This document shows positions 18,545 to 26,720 of a stretch of DNA of 64,000 bases, piece by piece. Within the stretch, counting starts at the first letter, position 1, and each line of letters begins with the position of its first letter. The position numbers and the translations under genes are program-made. The notes beneath the pieces were generated by a model that did not search any database, was not told the origin of the DNA, and was given only the letters and a program-made list of their open reading frames with translations. Origin of the DNA: Alphaproteobacteria bacterium (GTDB lineage Bacteria > Pseudomonadota > Alphaproteobacteria > SP197); NCBI GenBank assembly GCA_965228895.1, contig OZ245842.1, forward strand, positions 2,944,001-3,008,000. The letters are read 5' to 3'.

Positions 18545-19336
18545 TCAGAAGAATTCGTCGACGAGCCGATAGTACGCCAAGCGTTCGTGATCCGGTGCAG
18601 TAACACCGTAGCGGTCGAGAAACGGTTGGACCCACGACGCGCCCAACCTCGAGGCTATGTTACGGCAGGCGATGGCCAGATCCTGGTACCGGTCGGCGCG
18701 CCCCAACCGGCCGCAATCGACAAAGCCGGCAAACCTCTCGTCCTGCATCATGACATTCGGCAGGCACGCGTCGCCATGCGTCACGACGATATCCTCCATA
18801 ACCGGTCTGTCCGCCAGCGCGATCGCGAGTAGATCTCGTGCGGTGTGACCAATGTGCATGTCATCAAAGGCTGTCTCATCAACCAACCCCTGCTCGACGT
18901 TGACGCGCGCGCGCTCGAGTTTGAGGTCGAGCGACTCGTCGAAGGGACAGGAGCTGGGATCGAGTGCATGAACTTGGCGCAGGCCAACTGCCATCGCGGC
19001 AACAATGGTGTCGGCTGGCGCCTGCACAGCCAAAGCATTGGCTCCCTTGACGACCGTCATCACCAGCCACTCGCGATCACCTTCAGCCATGAACAAGACC
19101 CGCTCCGGACCGGCGACGGACGTCTGCACGAGCCAGTCGAGCCTGTCGGCCTCGTCAGCCAGACTCTCGACGTGACCCGCCTTCTGGATTTTGACAATCA
19201 GAGGTGGCCTGGCATCGGCCGTCAGCCGGTAGACAGATGACGGCGACTGGCTGTCCACTTCACCTCGCCACACATAGCCCTCAACGAGGTCGTCGAGCGG
19301 CTGCGGCAACGGAGTGTCCGGCGTCAACGGCACCAC
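18545..19336 (-). CDS. Aminoglycoside 3'-phosphotransferase (APH(3')-II-like)
   Basis: [37 protein letters not shown]-terminal YYRLVDEFF. Confidence 0.9.
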   Translation of the reverse strand: MVPLTPDTPLPQPLDDLVEGYVWRGEVDSQSPSSVYRLTADARPPLIVKIQKAGHVESLADEADRLDWLVQTSVAGPERVLFMAEGDREWLVMTVVKGANALAVQAPADTIVAAMAVGLRQVHALDPSSCPFDESLDLKLERARVNVEQGLVDETAFDDMHIGHTARDLLAIALADRPVMEDIVVTHGDACLPNVMMQDERFAGFVDCGRLGRADRYQDLAIACRNIASRLGASWVQPFLDRYGVTAPDHERLAYYRLVDEFF

Positions 19337-19361
19337 GGCATGAAACTCCCTCCTGGTCCCT

Positions 19362-19388
19362 GCGACAAAGTTTCGCCTGCTTCGGTCA
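19362..19388 (-). promoter_or_regulatory. Candidate GATR-AraC operator
   Basis: Minus strand TGACCG-N15-TGTCGC, nearly the same as the box pair at 322-348. Confidence 0.4.
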
Positions 19389-19475
19389 GGGATTCACGCA
19401 GATTTGCCGAAGCCATCTACCCAAGTGCGAGCCGGGCGATTATGCTCCTCCGAAATGATAACAGGAGGGATCGCC

Positions 19476-20126
19476 ATGACCGATTACGACTCCGCCAAAA
19501 TCGCCGCGCTGCACCGCGAGCTGCACAGCCACCTGCCCTCCGATCCCGCACTGCGGGTGAAGGTGCTGGAAAGTCTGCTGGTCGACAAAGGCATGATCGA
19601 CCGCAAGACCATCGACTCCTGGGTCGAGGTCTATGCCGAAGACATCGGGCCCAAGCGCGGCGCCCATGTGGTGGCCAAGGCCTGGACCGACGCGGCGTTC
19701 AAGGAGCGGTTGATGGCCGATGCCCCGTCGGCGATCGAGGAGCTTGGTTATCTGGGCGTGGCGACCGGTCATCTGCATGTCGTCGAGAACACCGACGACG
19801 TCCACAACCTCGTCGTCTGCACGCTGTGCTCGTGTTACCCCTTCTCGGTGCTGGGTATCGCGCCCAACTGGTACAAGACGGCGGCCTATCGTTCGCGCGT
19901 GGTGCGCGATCCGCGCGGCGTGCTCGAAGAGTTCGGTGTCGACATCTCCAACGACGTCGAGGTACGCGTCTGGGACAGCACCGCGGAGCTGCGCTATCTC
20001 GTTTTGCCGCAGCGCCCGTCCGGCACCGACGACATGGACGAGGCCGCGTTGGGCGCCCTGGTCAGCCGTAACTCCATGATCGGCACCGACCGTGATCTCT
20101 CCAAGTACATCAACGGAGCGGGCTGA
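19476..20126 (+). CDS. nthA: Nitrile hydratase alpha subunit (cobalt type)
   Basis: VCTLCSCY metal motif (Thr/Tyr indicates Co type), WYK...YRSR, VWDS; AGGAGG RBS. Confidence 0.95.
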   Translation: MTDYDSAKIAALHRELHSHLPSDPALRVKVLESLLVDKGMIDRKTIDSWVEVYAEDIGPKRGAHVVAKAWTDAAFKERLMADAPSAIEELGYLGVATGHLHVVENTDDVHNLVVCTLCSCYPFSVLGIAPNWYKTAAYRSRVVRDPRGVLEEFGVDISNDVEVRVWDSTAELRYLVLPQRPSGTDDMDEAALGALVSRNSMIGTDRDLSKYINGAG

Positions 20127-20782
20127 TGGACGGCATCCATGATCTCGGCGGCAAGCAGGGCTATGGCCCGGTCGATGTCGACGAGGAGGACGTACCGTTC
20201 CACGCGCCGTGGGAGGCACGCATGTGGGCGATCTCGCGCAACCGTGGCGCGCCCGGCTGCACCATCGACTGGTGGCGCCATGTGCGCGAGCTGATCGACC
20301 CGGCGGACTATCTGACCCGCGCCTACTTCGACCAGTGGATCCAGACCGAACTCGCCGTTCACATCGATGCCGGCGTGTTCACGCTGGACGAGGTGATCGC
20401 GGGCCGTTCATCGACGGCACCGGTGCCCGAAGGACCGGGCATCGACCGCGCCGGCGCGCTGGATGCCGACCGCGCTCTGGCGACGCGGTTTGATCGCGAC
20501 GTCAACGAAGCGCCGGCCTTTCAACCGGGCGATCAGGTCAAGACCGCGAGGTTCGGTCATAGCCATCATACGCGGCTGCCGGAATACGCCCGCGACCGCG
20601 AGGGCGAGATCCTGGCCCATCGCGGCGCCCACCTGTTTCCCGATGCCGGTGCGCGCGGCAAACACGAGCCGCAGCATCTCTATACGGTCGGCTTCGATGG
20701 CGCGGAGCTGTGGCCGGAATCCGGAGGCCGCCGCGACCGCGTCTACCTCGACCTGTGGGAGCGTTACCTTGAACCGGCCTGA
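20126..20782 (+). CDS. nthB: Nitrile hydratase beta subunit
   Basis: MDGIHDLGG, FHAPWE, HTRLPEY, LYTVxF, DLWExYL. Confidence 0.93.
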   Translation: MDGIHDLGGKQGYGPVDVDEEDVPFHAPWEARMWAISRNRGAPGCTIDWWRHVRELIDPADYLTRAYFDQWIQTELAVHIDAGVFTLDEVIAGRSSTAPVPEGPGIDRAGALDADRALATRFDRDVNEAPAFQPGDQVKTARFGHSHHTRLPEYARDREGEILAHRGAHLFPDAGARGKHEPQHLYTVGFDGAELWPESGGRRDRVYLDLWERYLEPA

Positions 20783-21125
20783 GGGTGACGCCCTGAAACC
20801 GCTGGCCCGGCTCGACGGCGATCCCGTCTTCGACGAGCCGTGGCAGGCGGAGGTTCTGGCACTGGCCGACCGGCTTTCGACAGCCGGCGTGTTCACCCGC
20901 GAGCTGTGGTCCGAGACATTGGGCGATGAACTCGTGCGCGCCGAGCAAGACGGCAAACCCGACGATGTCACGACCTACTACGAAGCCGCACTCAAGACAC
21001 TCGAACGGCTTCTGGAGGACGGAGGTCACGTGACGCCATCGGCACGCGCCGAGCGGCGCACAGCCTGGGAAGACGCCTATCGCTCAACGCCCCATGGCAA
21101 GCCGGTGCTGCTGCAGAGCCGCTGA
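20769..21125 (+). CDS. Nitrile hydratase accessory protein (P14K-like)
   Basis: PVFDEPWQA, YYEAALKTLE, C-terminal STPHGKPV; TTG start overlapping nthB. Confidence 0.85.
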   Translation: MNRPEGDALKPLARLDGDPVFDEPWQAEVLALADRLSTAGVFTRELWSETLGDELVRAEQDGKPDDVTTYYEAALKTLERLLEDGGHVTPSARAERRTAWEDAYRSTPHGKPVLLQSR

Positions 21126-21171
21126 ATCCCGCCGATTCCCCATCCCTGGGGTTCTCGATTAAACTGGACCC

Positions 21172-21849
21172 ATGTCGCCTGAAGCCGCAGCCGCGTTGCG
21201 CGGCCGAATCGAAAGCGACGGCGAGACATTCTATGAGGAACTCGCCAGTGCGCTGATCCATGGCATTGGCGCCGTGCTGGCGGCGGCGGGCCTGGCGCTC
21301 CTGGTCGTACTGGCGTCGATGACCGGCAGCGCGACGGCGATTGTCACCTGCGCAATCTACGGGTCGGCCGTCTTTTTGACCCTGCTTGCCTCGGCGCTCT
21401 ATCACGGTGTATGGCATCAAACGACCAAGGCCGTGTTCCTGGCACTCGACCACTGCGCGATCTTTGTCTTGATCGCGGGCACCTATACGCCGATCGCCCT
21501 GCTGGTGCTGCCGCCGGGATTGGGCTGGACGCTGTTCGGTTTGATTTGGGGCCTCGCCATCCTGGGCATTGCGATCAGGCTGTGGCTCGGCCATCTGCAC
21601 TGGATCCTGATTCCCGTCTTCGTCGCCATGGGCTGGCTGGGGTTTGCCTGGGGCGGTGCGTTGTTCGCGGCACTTGGCCCCGCCGGTGGCTGGCTGCTGA
21701 TCGCCGGCGGGATTTGTTACACGGGCGGCCTCGTCTTCTACCTGTGGCGCGGCCTGCCGTTCAACCACGCGATCTGGCACTTCTTCGTGCTTGCCGGCGT
21801 CGTCTGCCACTTCCTGGTCGTCGCGCTCTACGCGCTGCCGCAAACCTAG
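21172..21849 (+). CDS. Hemolysin III / PAQR family membrane protein
   Basis: EE..S..IHG, SALYH, LDHCAIFVLIAGTYTP, HAIWHFFV. Confidence 0.92.
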   Translation: MSPEAAAALRGRIESDGETFYEELASALIHGIGAVLAAAGLALLVVLASMTGSATAIVTCAIYGSAVFLTLLASALYHGVWHQTTKAVFLALDHCAIFVLIAGTYTPIALLVLPPGLGWTLFGLIWGLAILGIAIRLWLGHLHWILIPVFVAMGWLGFAWGGALFAALGPAGGWLLIAGGICYTGGLVFYLWRGLPFNHAIWHFFVLAGVVCHFLVVALYALPQT

Positions 21850-22769
21850 ATCAGAACACCTTTGCTGACGGCAACGCAGGTCCCGCGAATGGTCGGCGCC
21901 TGCACCTGACCATCTTCTGCCGGCACCGTCACCGTGATCTGACTGGGCCGTCCCATTTCGACGCCCTGCTCGATGTGTACGGTGGTCGAGGCCTTGGGCA
22001 CAGTGCGGCTCGCCGCGAGCAGCGAGGCCAGCGCGCCCGATGCGCTGCCGGTCGCCGGGTCTTCCGGGGGATGGCCGAGCGGCGAGAGAACACGCGAGCG
22101 CACGCGAAACGCCTCATCGTCGTCGCTGAGCACCACAAACGCACAGAGCGCGAAGTCGTCGACCGTGTTGACCTCCAATGCAGCTGCCTCGGCGAAAGCA
22201 CCACTATCCGGCCTCAGATTTTCAAGGTCGTCCAAGCTCGCGAGTTCCGCGAACGCAAACTCCAATCCGACCGATGCCACAGTCGGCGCAAAGCGGTTTG
22301 TGACGATTGCGGTCTCAGGAAGGCTGAGGCATCGCGCCACGCGCCCGGTATCGCAGGTTCCCAGGCGATCGAGCGCCCGCGGCGCCGTGATCGCCGCGCC
22401 GACGATAGCATTCCCATCACGAACGACGTCGACAGCGACCGGCCCGCCAGCTTCGTCAAACACCATGGTGTCGCCGATGTCGAGGTCGAGCGCGCAGCCG
22501 CCGTTGGCGAGAACAAACGCCGTGCCGACATTGGGGTGACCGGCAAACGGCACTTCGGTCAATGGCGTGAAGATGCGGACATGGGCCGTTGTCTCGGTGT
22601 TGCGCGACGGCAGCACAAAGGTGGTCTCGGCGTAGCCGAATTCCTTTGCGATTGCCTGCATGGTCGCATCGTCAAGAGAACGCGCATCGGTGATGACCGC
22701 CAGCGGATTGCCGGCATAGCGCCGGTTGGTGAACACATCGACGGTGCAATAGGGAACGCCAGTCGTCAT
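21846..22769 (-). CDS. PhzF family isomerase
   Basis: VDVFT...GNPLAV, ETTF, EVPFAGHP, EDPATGSA, EQGVEMGRPS. Confidence 0.92.
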   Translation of the reverse strand: MTTGVPYCTVDVFTNRRYAGNPLAVITDARSLDDATMQAIAKEFGYAETTFVLPSRNTETTAHVRIFTPLTEVPFAGHPNVGTAFVLANGGCALDLDIGDTMVFDEAGGPVAVDVVRDGNAIVGAAITAPRALDRLGTCDTGRVARCLSLPETAIVTNRFAPTVASVGLEFAFAELASLDDLENLRPDSGAFAEAAALEVNTVDDFALCAFVVLSDDDEAFRVRSRVLSPLGHPPEDPATGSASGALASLLAASRTVPKASTTVHIEQGVEMGRPSQITVTVPAEDGQVQAPTIRGTCVAVSKGVLI

Positions 22770-22842
22770 CACGCACACCTCCGGGCATCACGTCCACGTC
22801 ACGGATGTGGTGACATCACCGACCTGGAACGGCAATCAAAGT

Positions 22843-22859
22843 ATTGTCGTGGTGACAAT
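22843..22859. promoter_or_regulatory. Inverted repeat, possible operator of the phzF-like gene
   Basis: ATTGTC-N5-GACAAT; GTGGTGACA also repeated 42 bp away at 22807. Confidence 0.35.
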
Positions 22860-22877
22860 CCTTATGTGCGCGGCAAC

Positions 22878-23987
22878 TCAGGATGTTGTTGCCGTGATCT
22901 TTCCTTGCCGCCGGCGCTGTTCGCCGGGAGTCGGCGCGAGCAAACGCATGACAGCTTCCAGCGGCCCGTTGGCAAAGACCAGAAGCCAAAGATGGGCGCC
23001 CACCACACACACGGCAAACAGAGCGATCGCCCAATAGAATCCGTCGGCGGCATCGCAGTGAAGGCCGCGCGAACAGACCGCGTCGAACCAGGCGGTCAGG
23101 ACGACACCGTGAATGACATAGAGCGTCAACGCCATGCGCCCGGCGCTCGCCAGGGCGCGCAACGGGAGGCTCCTGCCAAAACGCAGGCCCAATTCAAGAC
23201 AGGCGATGATGACGGCGACGGCCGTGCCCGATGCGGCGATAATGTAGAGCGGACCCGGTGGCCAGCCGTCCAGGGCAATCAGTATTTGGCCGGGGTCGCG
23301 ATAGGTGTCGCCGCCCGGATAGACCTGACCCAGGCCATTGAAGATCAGCGCGACGGCGACGCCGCCGAGGAACAGGTGCAGGCGCGTGCGGCCATCATTG
23401 AGTTGCTGTCGACCCAACCAGAGACCAACCAAGATGAACGCGAACCACGGCAGGATCGGATGCAGGCCGTTGACCAGGAGGTTGCGCAGGAAACCGCCGA
23501 TGGTCCAGACGTCGACATAGCGGTCGGTTCGCCAGTCCCATCCCCAGTTGTAGTCGATATAGAAGCGCAGGAAGACCGCCGCCAGGATCACGGCGATGGC
23601 GCCGGCCGCCAACAGAGAGCGCGGCGCCGCCAGGAAGGCCAGGGACAGGGCGAAGTAGACGCCATAGAAATGCAGGATGTCGCCGCGCCAATAGGTGAAC
23701 AGGAGAACACCGACGACGAACAGGAAGACGGCGCGACGCGCGACGCAGCCGTAGAACAGGCTGCGGTCCTCAGGCGGCGTGGCGCGCATCATCAACGACA
23801 GCCCGACACCGGCCAGCACGACGAAGGTACCGGCGGCGCGGCCCAGAAGCTGCTGGTCAATGACCACCGCCCATGCCGGACCCGTGAACCACGTCTTCAT
23901 GATCCAGTTGAAATTGACGATCAGCATGCCGAGCAGCGCCAGCGCGCGGCAAATGTCCAAACCGACAAGGCGGCCGGTCGGCTTCAT
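22878..23987 (-). CDS. DUF418 / HGSNAT-like multi-pass membrane protein
   Basis: RLVGLDICRALALLGM, DILHFYG, GRMALTLYVIH, GPLE. Confidence 0.8.
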   Translation of the reverse strand: MKPTGRLVGLDICRALALLGMLIVNFNWIMKTWFTGPAWAVVIDQQLLGRAAGTFVVLAGVGLSLMMRATPPEDRSLFYGCVARRAVFLFVVGVLLFTYWRGDILHFYGVYFALSLAFLAAPRSLLAAGAIAVILAAVFLRFYIDYNWGWDWRTDRYVDVWTIGGFLRNLLVNGLHPILPWFAFILVGLWLGRQQLNDGRTRLHLFLGGVAVALIFNGLGQVYPGGDTYRDPGQILIALDGWPPGPLYIIAASGTAVAVIIACLELGLRFGRSLPLRALASAGRMALTLYVIHGVVLTAWFDAVCSRGLHCDAADGFYWAIALFAVCVVGAHLWLLVFANGPLEAVMRLLAPTPGEQRRRQGKITATTS

Positions 23988-24439
23988 GGCTCTTGCCTGT
24001 CGCGACGGCGCACCGTGTCGGTGCCGTCATAATCGCCGCCCAGCGTGTACCAGTAGATCCGTTCTCCGGGCCCCAACGCAACGCGCCAGCAGCCGGACCC
24101 ACCGCTCCAGTCGAAGCACAACGTGTCGTCTTCTACCCACCAATGGCCGGAGTCGTCGTCACTGGCCCAAAAGTCGACATCGCTGCCATCCAGAAGCGCG
24201 TCGGACGTGGCCGTCCAATTGCGTTCGAAGTGCCAGACTTCGATGTTCTTGTTCGCGAAGTAGTCGTGCAGCTCTTCGCCCGACATTGTCGGCGGGGGGC
24301 GATGGGTCAACATGACGACGAGAACGCCGACAACGACGCAGCCAATCACGGCCAGCGGCAATCCTATACGGATCAGGGCCGACGGTGGACGGCTGGGCCA
24401 AACTAAATCGGCAGTCGACCCAGGTCCTGCCTCAGACAT
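23984..24439 (-). CDS. Hypothetical membrane-anchored protein
   Basis: One TM segment, then GHWWVEDDTLCFDW...C beta domain; overlaps both neighbours like an operon member. Confidence 0.65.
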   Translation of the reverse strand: MSEAGPGSTADLVWPSRPPSALIRIGLPLAVIGCVVVGVLVVMLTHRPPPTMSGEELHDYFANKNIEVWHFERNWTATSDALLDGSDVDFWASDDDSGHWWVEDDTLCFDWSGGSGCWRVALGPGERIYWYTLGGDYDGTDTVRRRDRQEP

Positions 24440-25370
24440 GGTTTTTCAGGTAGGCGCCGACCTCGTTGAGCGACTCCATGCCCTCCGGCACGAAGTGGCA
24501 CCAGTATTCCGTCGTGTGGACCATGCCCGGCAAGGTCTTGAAGCGGGCATCGACGCCGGCCTCGACCGCTTTTTCGACCACGCGTTTGCCGTCGTCGTGC
24601 AGAACCTCACGCTCGCCGGCGTGAACCAGAAATGGCGGAAAGCCGGTGAAGTCGCCGAAGACGGGTGAGACATAGGGATGGGTCAACGGCGTGTCGTCGG
24701 TGACATAGAGGCTTCCAACCCACGCAACGCCCTCGGGGCTGATCATTGGATCGAAGGGCGCGCGCTCGGTCATCGACGGGCTGGAGCAGGTGAAATCGGT
24801 CGCCGGGCCGAAGGCTGCGGCAGCCTTGGGCAAGCGGCGCCCCTCGTCTCTCAGGCGCAGCATCAAGGCAAAGGTCAGGTTGCCGCCCGCCGAATCGCCC
24901 GCCAGGAACACCTCGCGCGGCGCGCTTTCGCCGGCCGGGCCGTTGGCCAGCATCCAGGTCCAGGCGGAGACACAATCGTTCAGACCGGCGGGATAGGGAT
25001 GCTCGGGCGCCAAGCGGTAGTCGATGGCCAGCACCGCCATGCCGGTCGCACGCGACAACGCTTCGACCTGGTGGCGATAGCCGGCGAGCGTGCCGGCGAT
25101 CCACCCGCCACCATGGATAAACATAAGCCTGAGATCCGGATCGGCGCCTTCAGCCAGGATCCACTCAGACGGCACCGTACCGGCTGAGACCTTTTCCACG
25201 CGTGTCGTCGGCTGCACTTTGGGCGCGACACCGTCGACGACAAGGCAGGCGTCGGTGTCCCGGCGATAGGCCGTTATGGCCTTCGCCGTGTCGCCACCGG
25301 CCATCTTGTCAAATTCCTTGGCCGACTTTTCCTGGCTCTCCAGAAGCCGCGCAAATTCCGGTGACGGCAT
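24432..25370 (-). CDS. Alpha/beta hydrolase (HSL-family esterase)
   Basis: HGGG, DYRLAPEHPYPA, GDSAGG. Confidence 0.92.
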   Translation of the reverse strand: MPSPEFARLLESQEKSAKEFDKMAGGDTAKAITAYRRDTDACLVVDGVAPKVQPTTRVEKVSAGTVPSEWILAEGADPDLRLMFIHGGGWIAGTLAGYRHQVEALSRATGMAVLAIDYRLAPEHPYPAGLNDCVSAWTWMLANGPAGESAPREVFLAGDSAGGNLTFALMLRLRDEGRRLPKAAAAFGPATDFTCSSPSMTERAPFDPMISPEGVAWVGSLYVTDDTPLTHPYVSPVFGDFTGFPPFLVHAGEREVLHDDGKRVVEKAVEAGVDARFKTLPGMVHTTEYWCHFVPEGMESLNEVGAYLKNHV

Positions 25371-25443
25371 AAGGTGTTCCCCACGCAGGCCGACATGGTC
25401 GCTGACCAACAGGGTGCCGTGGCTGGTAGGAAAAGATCAACCG

Positions 25444-26055
25444 TTAGAATAAACCGACGGTCTCGAGGTCACGGCGCAGGGACTCAGGCCCGGTGAAATG
25501 ATGGGTGTGGAAGCCAAGTGCCGAGGCCGCCTGCGTGTTCGAAGCGGTATCGTCAACAAACAATGTCTCGTCGGCCTTCAGGCCAAAGCGCTCGAGGCTC
25601 AGGCGAAAGATGGCGGGATCAGGTTTGATCACCCCTTCCCGTCCCGAAACGACGATATCGTCAAACCACTGCAAAAAGCCGAAACGTTCTTCGGCCCGCG
25701 GAAAGGTCTCGGAAGACCAATTCGTCAGCCCGAAGAGCGGTACACCTGCGTTCTTCAGATCTGCGGCAATGGCCACGGTGTCGTCGAAGGCGCCGTTCCA
25801 CATGCGCTCGAACTGATCGTAATAGGCTTCGATCAAGTCGCGGTGCTCGGGAAACTGCGCAACCAGGATCGCGGTTGCTTCGGCGGTACCGCGCCCGGCA
25901 TCCTGCTGGCTGTTCCATGCCTGTGTGCAGACGTTGGCGAGGAAGTCTTCCATGACCGCCTCGTCGTCTATCAGTTCGCGATAGAGGTATCTGGGATTCC
26001 AGTCGACGAGGACACCGCCCAGGTCGAAGATAACGTAGCGCGGTTTGCCACTCAC
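25444..26055 (-). CDS. HAD-family phosphatase
   Basis: FDLGGVL, LTN, KPDPAIF, FVDD; GTGA overlap with the soxG stop. Confidence 0.88.
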   Translation of the reverse strand: MSGKPRYVIFDLGGVLVDWNPRYLYRELIDDEAVMEDFLANVCTQAWNSQQDAGRGTAEATAILVAQFPEHRDLIEAYYDQFERMWNGAFDDTVAIAADLKNAGVPLFGLTNWSSETFPRAEERFGFLQWFDDIVVSGREGVIKPDPAIFRLSLERFGLKADETLFVDDTASNTQAASALGFHTHHFTGPESLRRDLETVGLF

Positions 26056-26720
26056 GCTTGATCGGTGTCGGCGTCGGCTACCTTTTTCGCCGCCTTGCGT
26101 TTGGCCGGACGGCGCCAGGATGCGGCCATCGCTGGCTCGGCGACGACCGCGACGCCATAGGGCGCGCCGGCCCGTTCGAACCAGGTCCACAGGTAGTCGG
26201 CCTGGCTGCGCTCCACATAGACGTCATAGACGGGCGCGTTATCGACCTGATCCAGGATGATCGTCGTGCGGGCCAGATGGCTCTGGGCACATTGGCCGGC
26301 GGTGAAGACGCTGGAGTGCAGATCCAGCGGGCAGCCCATCGCCAGAACATCGCGCGCCATGGGACCGGCGAGCCGGATCACCGTACGGCCTTCGGACACG
26401 TCGATCACCGCGCGCGCGGCGCCGTCGAGCGCCTCGACCAGGGCCTTTTCCGCGCCCGCCGGACCGACGATCAACCACTCGTCGGGTCCCAGCCACAGGC
26501 CGGTCAGACCGTTGCCCTGACTGGTCGTATTCGGCGTTAAAGGAAGATCTAAGCCAGTCGATTTTTTAACTGCTTTTTCAATAGCTTGGCCACGCACATT
26601 AATCTTTGTGAGATAACGGCGCTCACAGAGCCACAAGCTGGCGTCACCGGGCTCGGCAACGACCTTGGCGTCGAGCCCGAGATGGGCCAGCGGGCTTTGC
26701 CTTAAGTAGCTCTCAACCAC
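26052..26720 (-). CDS. soxG: Sarcosine oxidase gamma subunit
   Basis: LWLGPDEWL, VDVS-like, GCPLDLH; follows soxA. Confidence 0.9.
   Translation of the reverse strand: MVESYLRQSPLAHLGLDAKVVAEPGDASLWLCERRYLTKINVRGQAIEKAVKKSTGLDLPLTPNTTSQGNGLTGLWLGPDEWLIVGPAGAEKALVEALDGAARAVIDVSEGRTVIRLAGPMARDVLAMGCPLDLHSSVFTAGQCAQSHLARTTIILDQVDNAPVYDVYVERSQADYLWTWFERAGAPYGVAVVAEPAMAASWRRPAKRKAAKKVADADTDQA

Noticed and set aside
21411-24032. 873-aa plus-strand ORF, and similar long ORFs at 27856-29760, 29775-32465, 47661-49553 and 13432-14877
   Set aside because: Antisense or off-frame shadows of well-supported genes; Arg/Ala-rich with no motifs, as expected in high-GC DNA.
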